Shown here piece by piece: positions 17,685 to 25,184 of a stretch of 34,706 bases of DNA (positions within the stretch are counted from its first letter, which is position 1; each line of letters opens with the position of its first letter). The DNA is from Candidatus Hadarchaeales archaeon (GTDB lineage: Archaea; Hadarchaeota; Hadarchaeia; Hadarchaeales; Hadarchaeaceae). The stretch is taken from positions 1 through 34,706 of the forward strand of contig JAWCKV010000004.1 of the NCBI GenBank assembly GCA_038851565.1. Direction: 5' to 3'. Below the pieces are notes generated by a model. That model saw nothing but the letters and a program-made list of their open reading frames with translations. It was not told where the DNA came from and did not search any database. The translations under genes were made by a program, and so were the position numbers.

Positions 17685-18509
17685 TTGGTGGCGCGCGTGT
17701 ACTACCAGAGAATCGATGTAAAACGAGCCGTGTGCGGGTATGCGGAGTCTGGAAAGGGCCATGGAGTACGAGAGTGTGCATTTTTCAACAGAAAGAATGG
17801 AGCATTCCACAGGTATCTGGAGACGCCGGAGGGGAAGAGTCCGGTTGATCTCACGGCCAAGGGATTTTCGGAGGCCCTCAGAATGGGGGCGGATGCATTT
17901 TACTGTTCTTACTGGGTCTACGACAGCCGAGACTTTTCAACGCCAATAGGCAGGGACCTGGTATGGATCGTGAGGGCGGAGAAAGGAGACCTGAAATTTG
18001 CAAAAAGAATAACAAAGATGGTAGTCGAGGCGCTTTCAAGCGCGGGTGTGGACCCGCTGGTTAAATACTCCGGCGATATGGGATTCGACATAGTTATCCC
18101 GCTCGAGGATATCCCATTTGAGGTCTGGTTGGGGGATCTAAGGGCGCTGGATGAGCTGCAAGGGGAGCTTTCAGAGACGATTGTGGGCTACATCCGCTCA
18201 CGGCCCGGCGTCACCGTTGAGGGCGGCAATTCCACCTTCAGGATAAAGGAGGACGAAAAAACCTCCCTCCTCTCCGAACTCCGGGTTAAGCGAGGCCTTT
18301 TGCTTGCGCCGATGAGCATAAACCCGGAGACCGGCCTTGTCTCAGTTCCGGTGGATCCGATTGAGTTGGACTCATTCACTATTTTCGATGCTAGCCCATC
18401 GAGAGTTAAAACGCGTGAGTGGGCTACCGGGAGAGCACCGAATTATGGTCTGATGAGATACGCGAAGGCATGGCAGCCCCAGGCGGTTTCAGGCAAGAGC
18501 ACGGGATAG
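17685..18509 (+). CDS. Archaeo-eukaryotic primase (PriS-like) homologue, predicted catalytically inactive
   Basis: AEP motifs in order but eroded: IGRDLVWIVR (expected DLhhDhD), VKYSGDMGFDI (expected SGxxGxH), LLLAPMSINPETGLVSVPV (expected RxPxSxHxKTGxVSVP). Confidence 0.7.
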   Translation: MVARVYYQRIDVKRAVCGYAESGKGHGVRECAFFNRKNGAFHRYLETPEGKSPVDLTAKGFSEALRMGADAFYCSYWVYDSRDFSTPIGRDLVWIVRAEKGDLKFAKRITKMVVEALSSAGVDPLVKYSGDMGFDIVIPLEDIPFEVWLGDLRALDELQGELSETIVGYIRSRPGVTVEGGNSTFRIKEDEKTSLLSELRVKRGLLLAPMSINPETGLVSVPVDPIELDSFTIFDASPSRVKTREWATGRAPNYGLMRYAKAWQPQAVSGKSTG

Positions 18510-18550
18510 CGCCCCATAGAGGTTTTAGATAGACGAGCTAAAGGAAGCAC

Positions 18551-19180
18551 GTGGACGAACTCATTTCAAGAATATTGGAGCTAAAGCGCAGCGAGGTAGG
18601 AGCAGAGGTTCGGAGGAGAGTGCGTGAGTTCAGGGCGCTCAACTTGAAGGGCAACAGGGAATGGTTTTCCGAGCTATGTTTTTGTATACTCACCGCCAAC
18701 GCCACGGCAGAGTCAGGGATGCGCGCTCAGGCGCTCATCGGCGCAAATGGTTTTCTAGAGCTCCCTGAAAAGGATTTGGCCCGCGAGTTGAGGAGGAGCG
18801 GATACAGGTTTCCAGAGAGCAGGGCAAAGTACATAGCGGAGGCGAGGAAGAAGTGGCGCATCAAGGACGTACTGCAGGGATTCAAGGATCCAAGCGAGGC
18901 GCGCGTTTGGCTGGTGGAGAACATCATAGGGATAGGGTGGAAGGAAGCAAGTCACTTTTTGAGGAACGTGGGTTACCTTGATTTTGCGATCTTGGACAGG
19001 CATATACTGAGCATTTTTTGCCAGCATGGTTTGATAGATAGAATTCCGCGCTATCTGTCAAAAAGAGTTTACTTGGAAATAGAAAAAAAGGCGGAGGATC
19101 TCGCAGGAAAAGTGGGGATGAAGCTGGGCGAGCTGGACCTCTACCTGTGGTGCATGAAGACGGGAAAAGTTCTCAAATAG
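18551..19180 (+). CDS. ogg: 8-oxoguanine DNA glycosylase / AP lyase (OGG2 type)
   Basis: FSELCFCILTAN, HhH GIGWKEASHFLRNVG, AILDRH, C-terminal LDLYLW..KTGKVLK. Confidence 0.93.
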   Translation: MDELISRILELKRSEVGAEVRRRVREFRALNLKGNREWFSELCFCILTANATAESGMRAQALIGANGFLELPEKDLARELRRSGYRFPESRAKYIAEARKKWRIKDVLQGFKDPSEARVWLVENIIGIGWKEASHFLRNVGYLDFAILDRHILSIFCQHGLIDRIPRYLSKRVYLEIEKKAEDLAGKVGMKLGELDLYLWCMKTGKVLK

Positions 19181-20033
19181 CCCCGATTAGATGCGTGCCG
19201 TCGCAGGACATTCCGGTATTCAGGTGGCTCAGTCCTTCCCTGCACGTGGCAAAGGTCAAATTGTTTCTTTGGCATGCTTCCCTAACCAAAAGCATGAGTT
19301 TTTCTCTCATCTCCATGGGAAGGTACCATCCACGCTTTCTTTTCCCCCTTGTGAAGTAAAGCTCATTGAGCTTTGATGCTTCATCACGAAAGATCGAGGA
19401 AAACCTCCTCCAGCCATCAAGGCGAGGTTTGAATGTAGATCCGGTTACGTGTGAAGCACCGTGCTTGGCGGCAGCCCCAACGATGGACTCCACCTCATGA
19501 TCGTTGAGGAGCGGGATGAGCGGATCTAGCCGGAGGGCGACAGGGATCTCGTGCGAAACCCTCCTCATGGCCCTTAACCTAGCGCTTGGACTTGGGGCGC
19601 CTGGTTCCAGCTTAGATGCGAGAGTTTCGTCCAAGGTCGTAATGGTGAAGCTAACTACACATGGGATCTTTTTCAGCAGATCTAGATCGCGGACAACAAG
19701 GTCAGATTTAGTTATTATCTGGACCTTTCTGCGTTCCCTGGCCATGAGCTCCAGACATCCTCTTGTGAGCCTGAGCTCGGCCTCCACAGGAGGATAGGGA
19801 TCTGAGCTGTTTGACATGCTTATCACTAGATCTGGATCAGCTTTTCTCAAGTCGCGCTCGACCCTGTACAGCAGATCTTTCTTCGGCCTGCACTCAAAAG
19901 CGCGGGGAATGTAGGAGGAGATATAGCAGTAGACGCATGAGTGGAGGCACCCCGTGTATGGATTAAGCCCGTACTTCCTGGGGCATGTGCATAGCGGATC
20001 CTTCCAGGGGTCAAACTCGCGTATAACGTCCAT
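19173..20033 (-). CDS. Radical SAM protein, SPL-like family
   Basis: FDPWKDPLCTCPRKYGLNPYTGCLHSCVYCY, SNSSDPYPP, LEPGAPSP. Start taken at MDVIREFDPW. Confidence 0.85.
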   Translation of the reverse strand: MDVIREFDPWKDPLCTCPRKYGLNPYTGCLHSCVYCYISSYIPRAFECRPKKDLLYRVERDLRKADPDLVISMSNSSDPYPPVEAELRLTRGCLELMARERRKVQIITKSDLVVRDLDLLKKIPCVVSFTITTLDETLASKLEPGAPSPSARLRAMRRVSHEIPVALRLDPLIPLLNDHEVESIVGAAAKHGASHVTGSTFKPRLDGWRRFSSIFRDEASKLNELYFTRGKRKRGWYLPMEMREKLMLLVREACQRNNLTFATCREGLSHLNTGMSCDGTHLIGAI

Positions 20034-20054
20034 CCTACCAAAAGAAGTAATATT

Positions 20055-20330
20055 GCGCCGAGATAAAGGCCCCCACATCCCTCCATGACCCCGGGCGATG
20101 TAGCCCAGCCGAACCACCCGAAGGGCAGCCCGCCAGACCACATCGTTCCGATCTTTTCAGACCGTGTGGTCACCCTTTCGAGTTACCACGCCGCGGCCCT
20201 GAAGAGACTCTGAACCAGTCTTGTCAGCCTGCTGTTCGGAGCACCACGGATCGGCCAAACCCACGGTACCCCTACCAGTGGGATCCACCAAGACCAGTTC
20301 TAGAGACCTTCCGGATCACCCTCTCGGCGC
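20055..20330 (-). ncRNA. Unassigned highly structured RNA, about 276 nt
   Basis: Terminal 9-bp helix GCGCCGAGA/TCTCGGCGC, several nested helices and two GAAA-capped hairpins. The non-Watson-Crick pairs read as G-U only on the minus strand. BRE/TATA upstream and a T-rich tract downstream. Confidence 0.7.
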
Positions 20331-20353
20331 GTTTTTTACTCAATTTAGTAGGA

Positions 20354-20366
20354 TAAAAATTTTCCG
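20354..20366 (-). promoter_or_regulatory. BRE-TATA promoter for the structured RNA
   Basis: Minus-strand CGGAAAA-TTTTTA, with the TATA element 24-29 nt upstream of the first G of the terminal helix. Confidence 0.6.
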
Positions 20367-20384
20367 TTTAGGTTCAAACCAAGC

Positions 20385-20404
20385 GCGAAAAAGCTTATAT
20401 ATAA
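20385..20404 (+). promoter_or_regulatory. BRE-TATA promoter for the Cys-rich microprotein gene
   Basis: GCGAAAAAGC-TTATATATAA about 40 nt upstream of the GTG at 20445. Confidence 0.6.
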
Positions 20405-20444
20405 ATCCAATGTGATTTCACAGGACGTGACAGGAGGAATTCTG

Positions 20445-20582
20445 GTGCCAAAGTGCTGCTCCTCTTGTTACTTGTACGAGGATTGCGAGAAAAGAAATGA
20501 GTGCTGCGAGGAGTGCGACTTTTACAACAGGGGAAGGTGCATGCTTTCCGAGGAGGATGCGTACAGCGTCGTCAAGGACTAA
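20445..20582 (+). CDS. 45-aa cysteine-rich microprotein (putative metal-binding)
   Basis: MPKCCSSCYLYEDCEKRNECCEECDFYNRGRCMLSEEDAYSVVKD; RBS GGAGG and a TATA box upstream; below the ORF-track size cut-off. Confidence 0.7.
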   Translation: MPKCCSSCYLYEDCEKRNECCEECDFYNRGRCMLSEEDAYSVVKD

Positions 20583-20640
20583 CCGTAGCTATAAAGAACG
20601 CTAATTAATGTGAAAAGCCCACGTTTAGCTGGAGTTGAGC

Positions 20641-21177
20641 ATGCTGGAAGATCCATTTGGCGAATTCTTCAGGAAAATGTTAAGGTACTTCTGGGTGGCT
20701 GATAGGGAACACATGGACATGGTGAAGTGGTGCGATTTTCGGGACCTCAAGTGCGGCCCAAGCATGCCCTGGTTTAGGATAGAAATAGGAAAGACAGGAG
20801 AAGGCACGCCCAGGGTGGTGGTGAAAATAATAGGGGAGCCCCAGAATAGGAGGTTAAGCAGGGCCTCAACAGCCCATGCCAAAGCCTCGAAGCCGTCGAT
20901 GAAGCCCCATGGAGCGATAAAGAAGATGCTTGAAACGAACGTGTGCAGGGTTGAGAGACCCAGTGAGATCGTGATAGCGATGGAGGCCCAGGGCGTCAGA
21001 GAGGATGACGTGGAGGTTAGGCGGGTTGGCGGCACGGTTGAGGCCATAGCAAGAAAGCCAACCGGAGAGGCATATTTTTGCGCGGTGGAGCTGCCGAAAA
21101 ACGCACGGCTGGACGAGCGAAGGATAGAGCTCAAGGAAGGCATGTTGAAGATCACCATCCCAAGGCGCAGCGTTTGA
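20641..21177 (+). CDS. Hsp20/alpha-crystallin family protein (divergent)
   Basis: N-terminal EDPFGEFFRKM; C-terminal IVIAMEAQGVREDDVEV...VELP...LKEGMLKITIPR. Confidence 0.75.
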   Translation: MLEDPFGEFFRKMLRYFWVADREHMDMVKWCDFRDLKCGPSMPWFRIEIGKTGEGTPRVVVKIIGEPQNRRLSRASTAHAKASKPSMKPHGAIKKMLETNVCRVERPSEIVIAMEAQGVREDDVEVRRVGGTVEAIARKPTGEAYFCAVELPKNARLDERRIELKEGMLKITIPRRSV

Positions 21178-21214
21178 AGGGTTGGGTGAGAAAGGCCAGG
21201 TCCGGGGGGAAATA

Positions 21215-22405
21215 TTGAAGTACGTTGTAGTTGTCGGCGATGGAATGGCAGATTATCCACTGGAGGAACTGGGAGGAAAGACACCTCTTCAGGTGGCGAA
21301 CAAGCCGAACATGGACTCAATAGCGTCCCGCGGCATGAGCGGCCTCCTCAGAACAATTCCAACTGGAATGGAGCCGGGTTCGGACGTGGCGATAATGTCA
21401 ATCCTGGGATACAACCCTAAAAAGTTCCACACCGGAAGAGGACCGCTGGAGGCCGCTGCACTCGGCGTGCGTCTCAGCGACAAGGACGTAGCATTCAGGT
21501 GCAATCTGATCACAGAGGAAAATGGACTGATAAAGGACTACAGCGCTGGCCATATTTCAACTGAGGAGGCAAGGATACTCCTGAACGCGGTAGCGGAGAA
21601 GTACGGGGATCATGGCGAGTTCTACCCCGGGGTTAGCTACAGGCACCTCTTTGTCATGAGAAACGTGCCGTTCTCGTCCAGCATACGAATTGTCCCTCCA
21701 CACGATGCATTGGGGGAGAGAGTAGCGGATCATCTTGCATCCCCCAAGAGGAGCAAGATGGCACAAATCGTGAATCAGATAATGCTTGGATCCAAGGAGA
21801 TATTGTCCGGGCACAGAGTTAACGTATCCCGGGTCAGGAGGGGAAAAGCTCCGGCGAACATGGTGTGGCTTTGGGGGCAGGGAAGAAAGCCCAGGATGAA
21901 GACGATGAGGGAGAGGTTCGGGCTGGATGGGGCGGTGATCTCAGCAGTGACAGTGGTCAAGGGAACCGGAATATGCGCGGGACTTGAGAGCGTTGAGGTC
22001 CCCGGGGCAACCGGTTACTATGACACGAGCTACGGCAACAAGGCCAGATATGCGCTCAAGGTCCTCAAGGAGAAGGACATGGTCCTCGTCCATGTAGAGT
22101 CCCCGGACGAGGCCGGGCATGAGGGAAACATCGAGGAGAAGATAAGGGCAATAGAGAACATAGACTCGAAGATCGTCGGGAGGATAATGGATGGGACAGG
22201 GGGGGAATGTAAGATAGCCGTGATGGCTGATCATCCGACCCCGATAAGGGTCAGAACGCACACCCCGGAACCCGTGCCCTTTTCAATGACTTCAAGCTCG
22301 GGAAAAACCGATGGCGTCAAGCGCTTCGACGAGTTCTCGGCTAGAGGAGGAAAACTCGGCCTCATGGAGGGACACAGGTTCATACGGACGATGGTGGAGT
22401 TTTGA
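21215..22405 (+). CDS. apgM: Cofactor-independent phosphoglycerate mutase family protein (ApgM / proposed homoserine kinase subfamily)
   Basis: GDGMAD, GKTPLQ.A..PNMD, PGSDVA, GRGPLEA, HVESPDEAGH, DHPTP, HT.EPVPF. Start taken at TTG 21215. Confidence 0.88.
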   Translation: MKYVVVVGDGMADYPLEELGGKTPLQVANKPNMDSIASRGMSGLLRTIPTGMEPGSDVAIMSILGYNPKKFHTGRGPLEAAALGVRLSDKDVAFRCNLITEENGLIKDYSAGHISTEEARILLNAVAEKYGDHGEFYPGVSYRHLFVMRNVPFSSSIRIVPPHDALGERVADHLASPKRSKMAQIVNQIMLGSKEILSGHRVNVSRVRRGKAPANMVWLWGQGRKPRMKTMRERFGLDGAVISAVTVVKGTGICAGLESVEVPGATGYYDTSYGNKARYALKVLKEKDMVLVHVESPDEAGHEGNIEEKIRAIENIDSKIVGRIMDGTGGECKIAVMADHPTPIRVRTHTPEPVPFSMTSSSGKTDGVKRFDEFSARGGKLGLMEGHRFIRTMVEF

Positions 22406-22445
22406 GAGAGCATTATAAGCCAGCCGGATGAATTGAAAGTGGGCT

Positions 22446-22955
22446 GTGAAAATGCTGGTGAAAATGGTGCTTGAGCTGGAGGACACGCCCGGTCAGCTTC
22501 TCCGAGCGCTCGAGCCCATATCCAGATTTGGAGGAAACGTGAAGAGCATAATGCACGATAGGGAGAAGAAGACCCAGATGGGAAGGCTCCCTGTCACCCT
22601 GGCTTTCGATATACCCAGCAAGGCCCTTCTAAACAGGATAATCAGGTCCCTGAGGGAGGGAGGGATAAGGATCATACAGCTTGGGGAGAGGGAGGCAGCG
22701 GTGAGAAAAACCGTCCTGCTGGTCGGGCACATCATTCACACCGACGTGAGGGACACAATAGACAGGCTGAACAGGATAAGGGGAGTGATGGTATCAGACC
22801 TGGACTTGGCCATGGGAGGTCCAAACAGGGAATCCGCGGCCACAATGACAATTTCAGCGAGCGACGAGAAAAAAGCTGAGAGGGCCTTGGCGACCCTTTC
22901 GTCCATATCTAAGAAAAAGGGGCTCCTCATGATAACCTCTCTCGGTGATGAGTGA
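22446..22955 (+). CDS. ACT-domain protein (allosteric partner of homoserine dehydrogenase)
   Basis: LELEDTPGQLLRALEPISRFGGNVKSIMH, LVGHIIHTDVRDTIDRLN; overlaps the hom start. Confidence 0.85.
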   Translation: MKMLVKMVLELEDTPGQLLRALEPISRFGGNVKSIMHDREKKTQMGRLPVTLAFDIPSKALLNRIIRSLREGGIRIIQLGEREAAVRKTVLLVGHIIHTDVRDTIDRLNRIRGVMVSDLDLAMGGPNRESAATMTISASDEKKAERALATLSSISKKKGLLMITSLGDE

Positions 22956-23962
22956 TGCGCCTCATACTGATCGGATTTGGAAATCTGGGCAGGGGGCTAT
23001 CGCGCGCGTTGATCAGGAAATCGGGCCCGCTCGGGAACATGGGGCTCGTGCCGAGAGTGGTGGCCGCTGTCGATGAAAGGGGGGCGGTCATGGATGAGAA
23101 CGGACTGGACTTGCGCCGCTTGCTTTCAGCCGCGGAGAGGAAGGGGACGGTGGCGGCATGCGCCGGAGGAAAGGCCGGCATGGACGCCATTCAGGTCATG
23201 GATGAGGTGGATGCAGATGTGGTCTACGAGATGACCCCCACCAACATAAAGACAGGCGAGCCGGGACTCACCCACATAAAGGAGGCCATGAAACGCGGGA
23301 GGCACGTCATAACTTCAAACAAAGGACCCTTGGTCGTCGCCTTCAGAGAGCTGGAGGCACTGGCCAAGAAGTGCGGCGTGGAGTTCAGGTACTCGGCGTC
23401 GGTCGGCGGCGCGGTACCTGTCATAGGGCTGGCCAAGAAGCTTCTGGCAGCCAACGAGATAGTGGAGATAAGGGGGGTTCTAAACGGCACGACAAACTAC
23501 ATCCTGAGCCGCATGACCAGCGAGGAGGTTCCTTTCGAGATAGTTCTGCGCGAGGCGCAGGAGATGGGGGCAGCAGAGAAGGATCCATCGCTTGACATCA
23601 AGGGCATAGATACAGCCTGCAAGCTCACAATATTGGCGAACTCAATATTGGGAGTGGATGCAACCCTTAGGGACATTAAAGTAACCGGGATAGAGAGAAT
23701 CTCACTAGAGGCGGTCAGACTCGCCAAGAAGGCTGGAAAGACAATAAAGCTGATAGGCGTGGCAAGGAAGGACAGGCTTGAGGTTGGACCAAAGCTTGTG
23801 CCACTTGGGCACCCGCTGGCGGTGAGCGGGACGCTCAACGCCGTGACATTTGAACTGGATCTTGCAAGGGAAATAGCGATCTCGGGATATGGCGCGGGTC
23901 CCCAGGAGACATCCAGCTCCCTTCTAAACGATCTTATAGACATCCACCGGAGCCTTGAGTAG
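22952..23962 (+). CDS. hom: Homoserine dehydrogenase
   Basis: IGFGNLG, HVITSNKGP, SVGGAVP, GVLNGTTNYIL, DIKGIDTACK, GYGAG. Confidence 0.94.
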   Translation: MMRLILIGFGNLGRGLSRALIRKSGPLGNMGLVPRVVAAVDERGAVMDENGLDLRRLLSAAERKGTVAACAGGKAGMDAIQVMDEVDADVVYEMTPTNIKTGEPGLTHIKEAMKRGRHVITSNKGPLVVAFRELEALAKKCGVEFRYSASVGGAVPVIGLAKKLLAANEIVEIRGVLNGTTNYILSRMTSEEVPFEIVLREAQEMGAAEKDPSLDIKGIDTACKLTILANSILGVDATLRDIKVTGIERISLEAVRLAKKAGKTIKLIGVARKDRLEVGPKLVPLGHPLAVSGTLNAVTFELDLAREIAISGYGAGPQETSSSLLNDLIDIHRSLE

Positions 23963-25180
23963 ATGTGGCTGGAATGCATAGAGTGCGGCAAGAAGCTTGA
24001 CATAGATGCAAGGGAATATGAGTGCCCCGAGTGTGGGGGGCTGCTGGAGGTTGAGTTTGATCTGGATAAACTAAGGGATGGGCTGGACGTTAAAAAACTT
24101 AAGGATGGGCCCCTTTCGGTGTGGAAGTACAGGGACTTTCTCCCCGTGAGGGACAGATCCAAAATAGTCACGCTCGGCGAGGGAGGGACCCCGTTATACA
24201 GGTGCGATCGCATGGCAGAGGAGCTTGGGATCAGGGAGCTCTACGTGAAGTACGAGGGAGCCAATCCAACGGGATCCTTCAAGGACAGGGGGATGACTGT
24301 GGGAGTGACGAAGGCCCTTGAGCTAGGGGTGAAAATAGTTACCTGTGCCTCAACCGGAAATACCTCGGCATCTCTCGCCGCATACGCTGCCAAGGCCGGG
24401 CTGAGGTGCCTTGTGCTCCTCCCAAGCAAGAAGGTCGCGCTTGGCAAGCTAGCGCAGGCGGCGATCTACGGAGCGGAGATAATCTCCATAAAGGGGAATT
24501 TTGACCAGGCGCTTGACTTGGTTAAAAGGCTGTGCAGGGAGAGAAAGGACATATACCTGATGAATTCCCTCAATCCCTTCCGACCCCAGGGACAGAAGAC
24601 CACCGGCTTTGAGATAGCAGATCAGCTCAACTGGAAGGAGCCAGACAGAGTTATAGTTCCAATGGGAAACTGCGCCAACATATGGGCGATTTACAAGGGA
24701 CTCTACGAGTACAGCCGGGTTGGCGTCATTAAAAAAGTGCCAATGATGACAGGAATCCAGGCGGAGGGCGCAATGCCCATAGTAGATGCCATAAAGAGCG
24801 GGGTGGACCGTTTCACACCGGTAAAGAACCCGGAGACGATAGCAACCGCAATAAGGATAGGCAATCCGGTGAACGGTCCAAAGGCAGTAAGGGCCATCAG
24901 AAAAACTGGCGGAACGGCCGAAAGCGTGAGCGACGAGGAGATCATGTGGGGCCAGAAGGCCTTGGCCAGGCTTGAGGGAATTGGGGTGGAGCCATCCAGC
25001 GCCGCCACCGTTGCTGGGCTGAAGAAGTTGCTCGAGCAGGGAGCTGTGGACAAGGATGAAAAGGTGGTCTGCGTGGCAACCGGTAACGTGCTGAAAGACC
25101 CGGAGGAAGTCATAGACATATGCGAAAGGCCGGTAGAGGTCGATGCTAAATACGATGAGATGATTAAATATTTGAAGTGA
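23963..25180 (+). CDS. thrC: Threonine synthase
   Basis: N-terminal CxxC/CxxC, LGEGGTPL, NPTGSFKDRG, CASTGNTS, GQKT, ETIATAIRIGNP. Confidence 0.95.
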   Translation: MWLECIECGKKLDIDAREYECPECGGLLEVEFDLDKLRDGLDVKKLKDGPLSVWKYRDFLPVRDRSKIVTLGEGGTPLYRCDRMAEELGIRELYVKYEGANPTGSFKDRGMTVGVTKALELGVKIVTCASTGNTSASLAAYAAKAGLRCLVLLPSKKVALGKLAQAAIYGAEIISIKGNFDQALDLVKRLCRERKDIYLMNSLNPFRPQGQKTTGFEIADQLNWKEPDRVIVPMGNCANIWAIYKGLYEYSRVGVIKKVPMMTGIQAEGAMPIVDAIKSGVDRFTPVKNPETIATAIRIGNPVNGPKAVRAIRKTGGTAESVSDEEIMWGQKALARLEGIGVEPSSAATVAGLKKLLEQGAVDKDEKVVCVATGNVLKDPEEVIDICERPVEVDAKYDEMIKYLK

Positions 25181-25184
25181 TCCC

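Noticed and set aside
20055..20330. Assignment of the structured RNA as RNase P, SRP, T-box, cobalamin riboswitch or group I intron
   Set aside because: Only isolated fragments match (e.g. CAGCAGG, GTTCAGAG, TGGTAAC, CCGGAAGG). The required full motif sets were not found by eye, so it is left unassigned pending a covariance-model search.
20034..20415. N-terminal extension of the radical SAM ORF to 20141, and ORFs 19847-20173 and 20221-20415
   Set aside because: They run through the structured RNA, have no protein-like motifs, and family similarity starts at MDVIREFDPW
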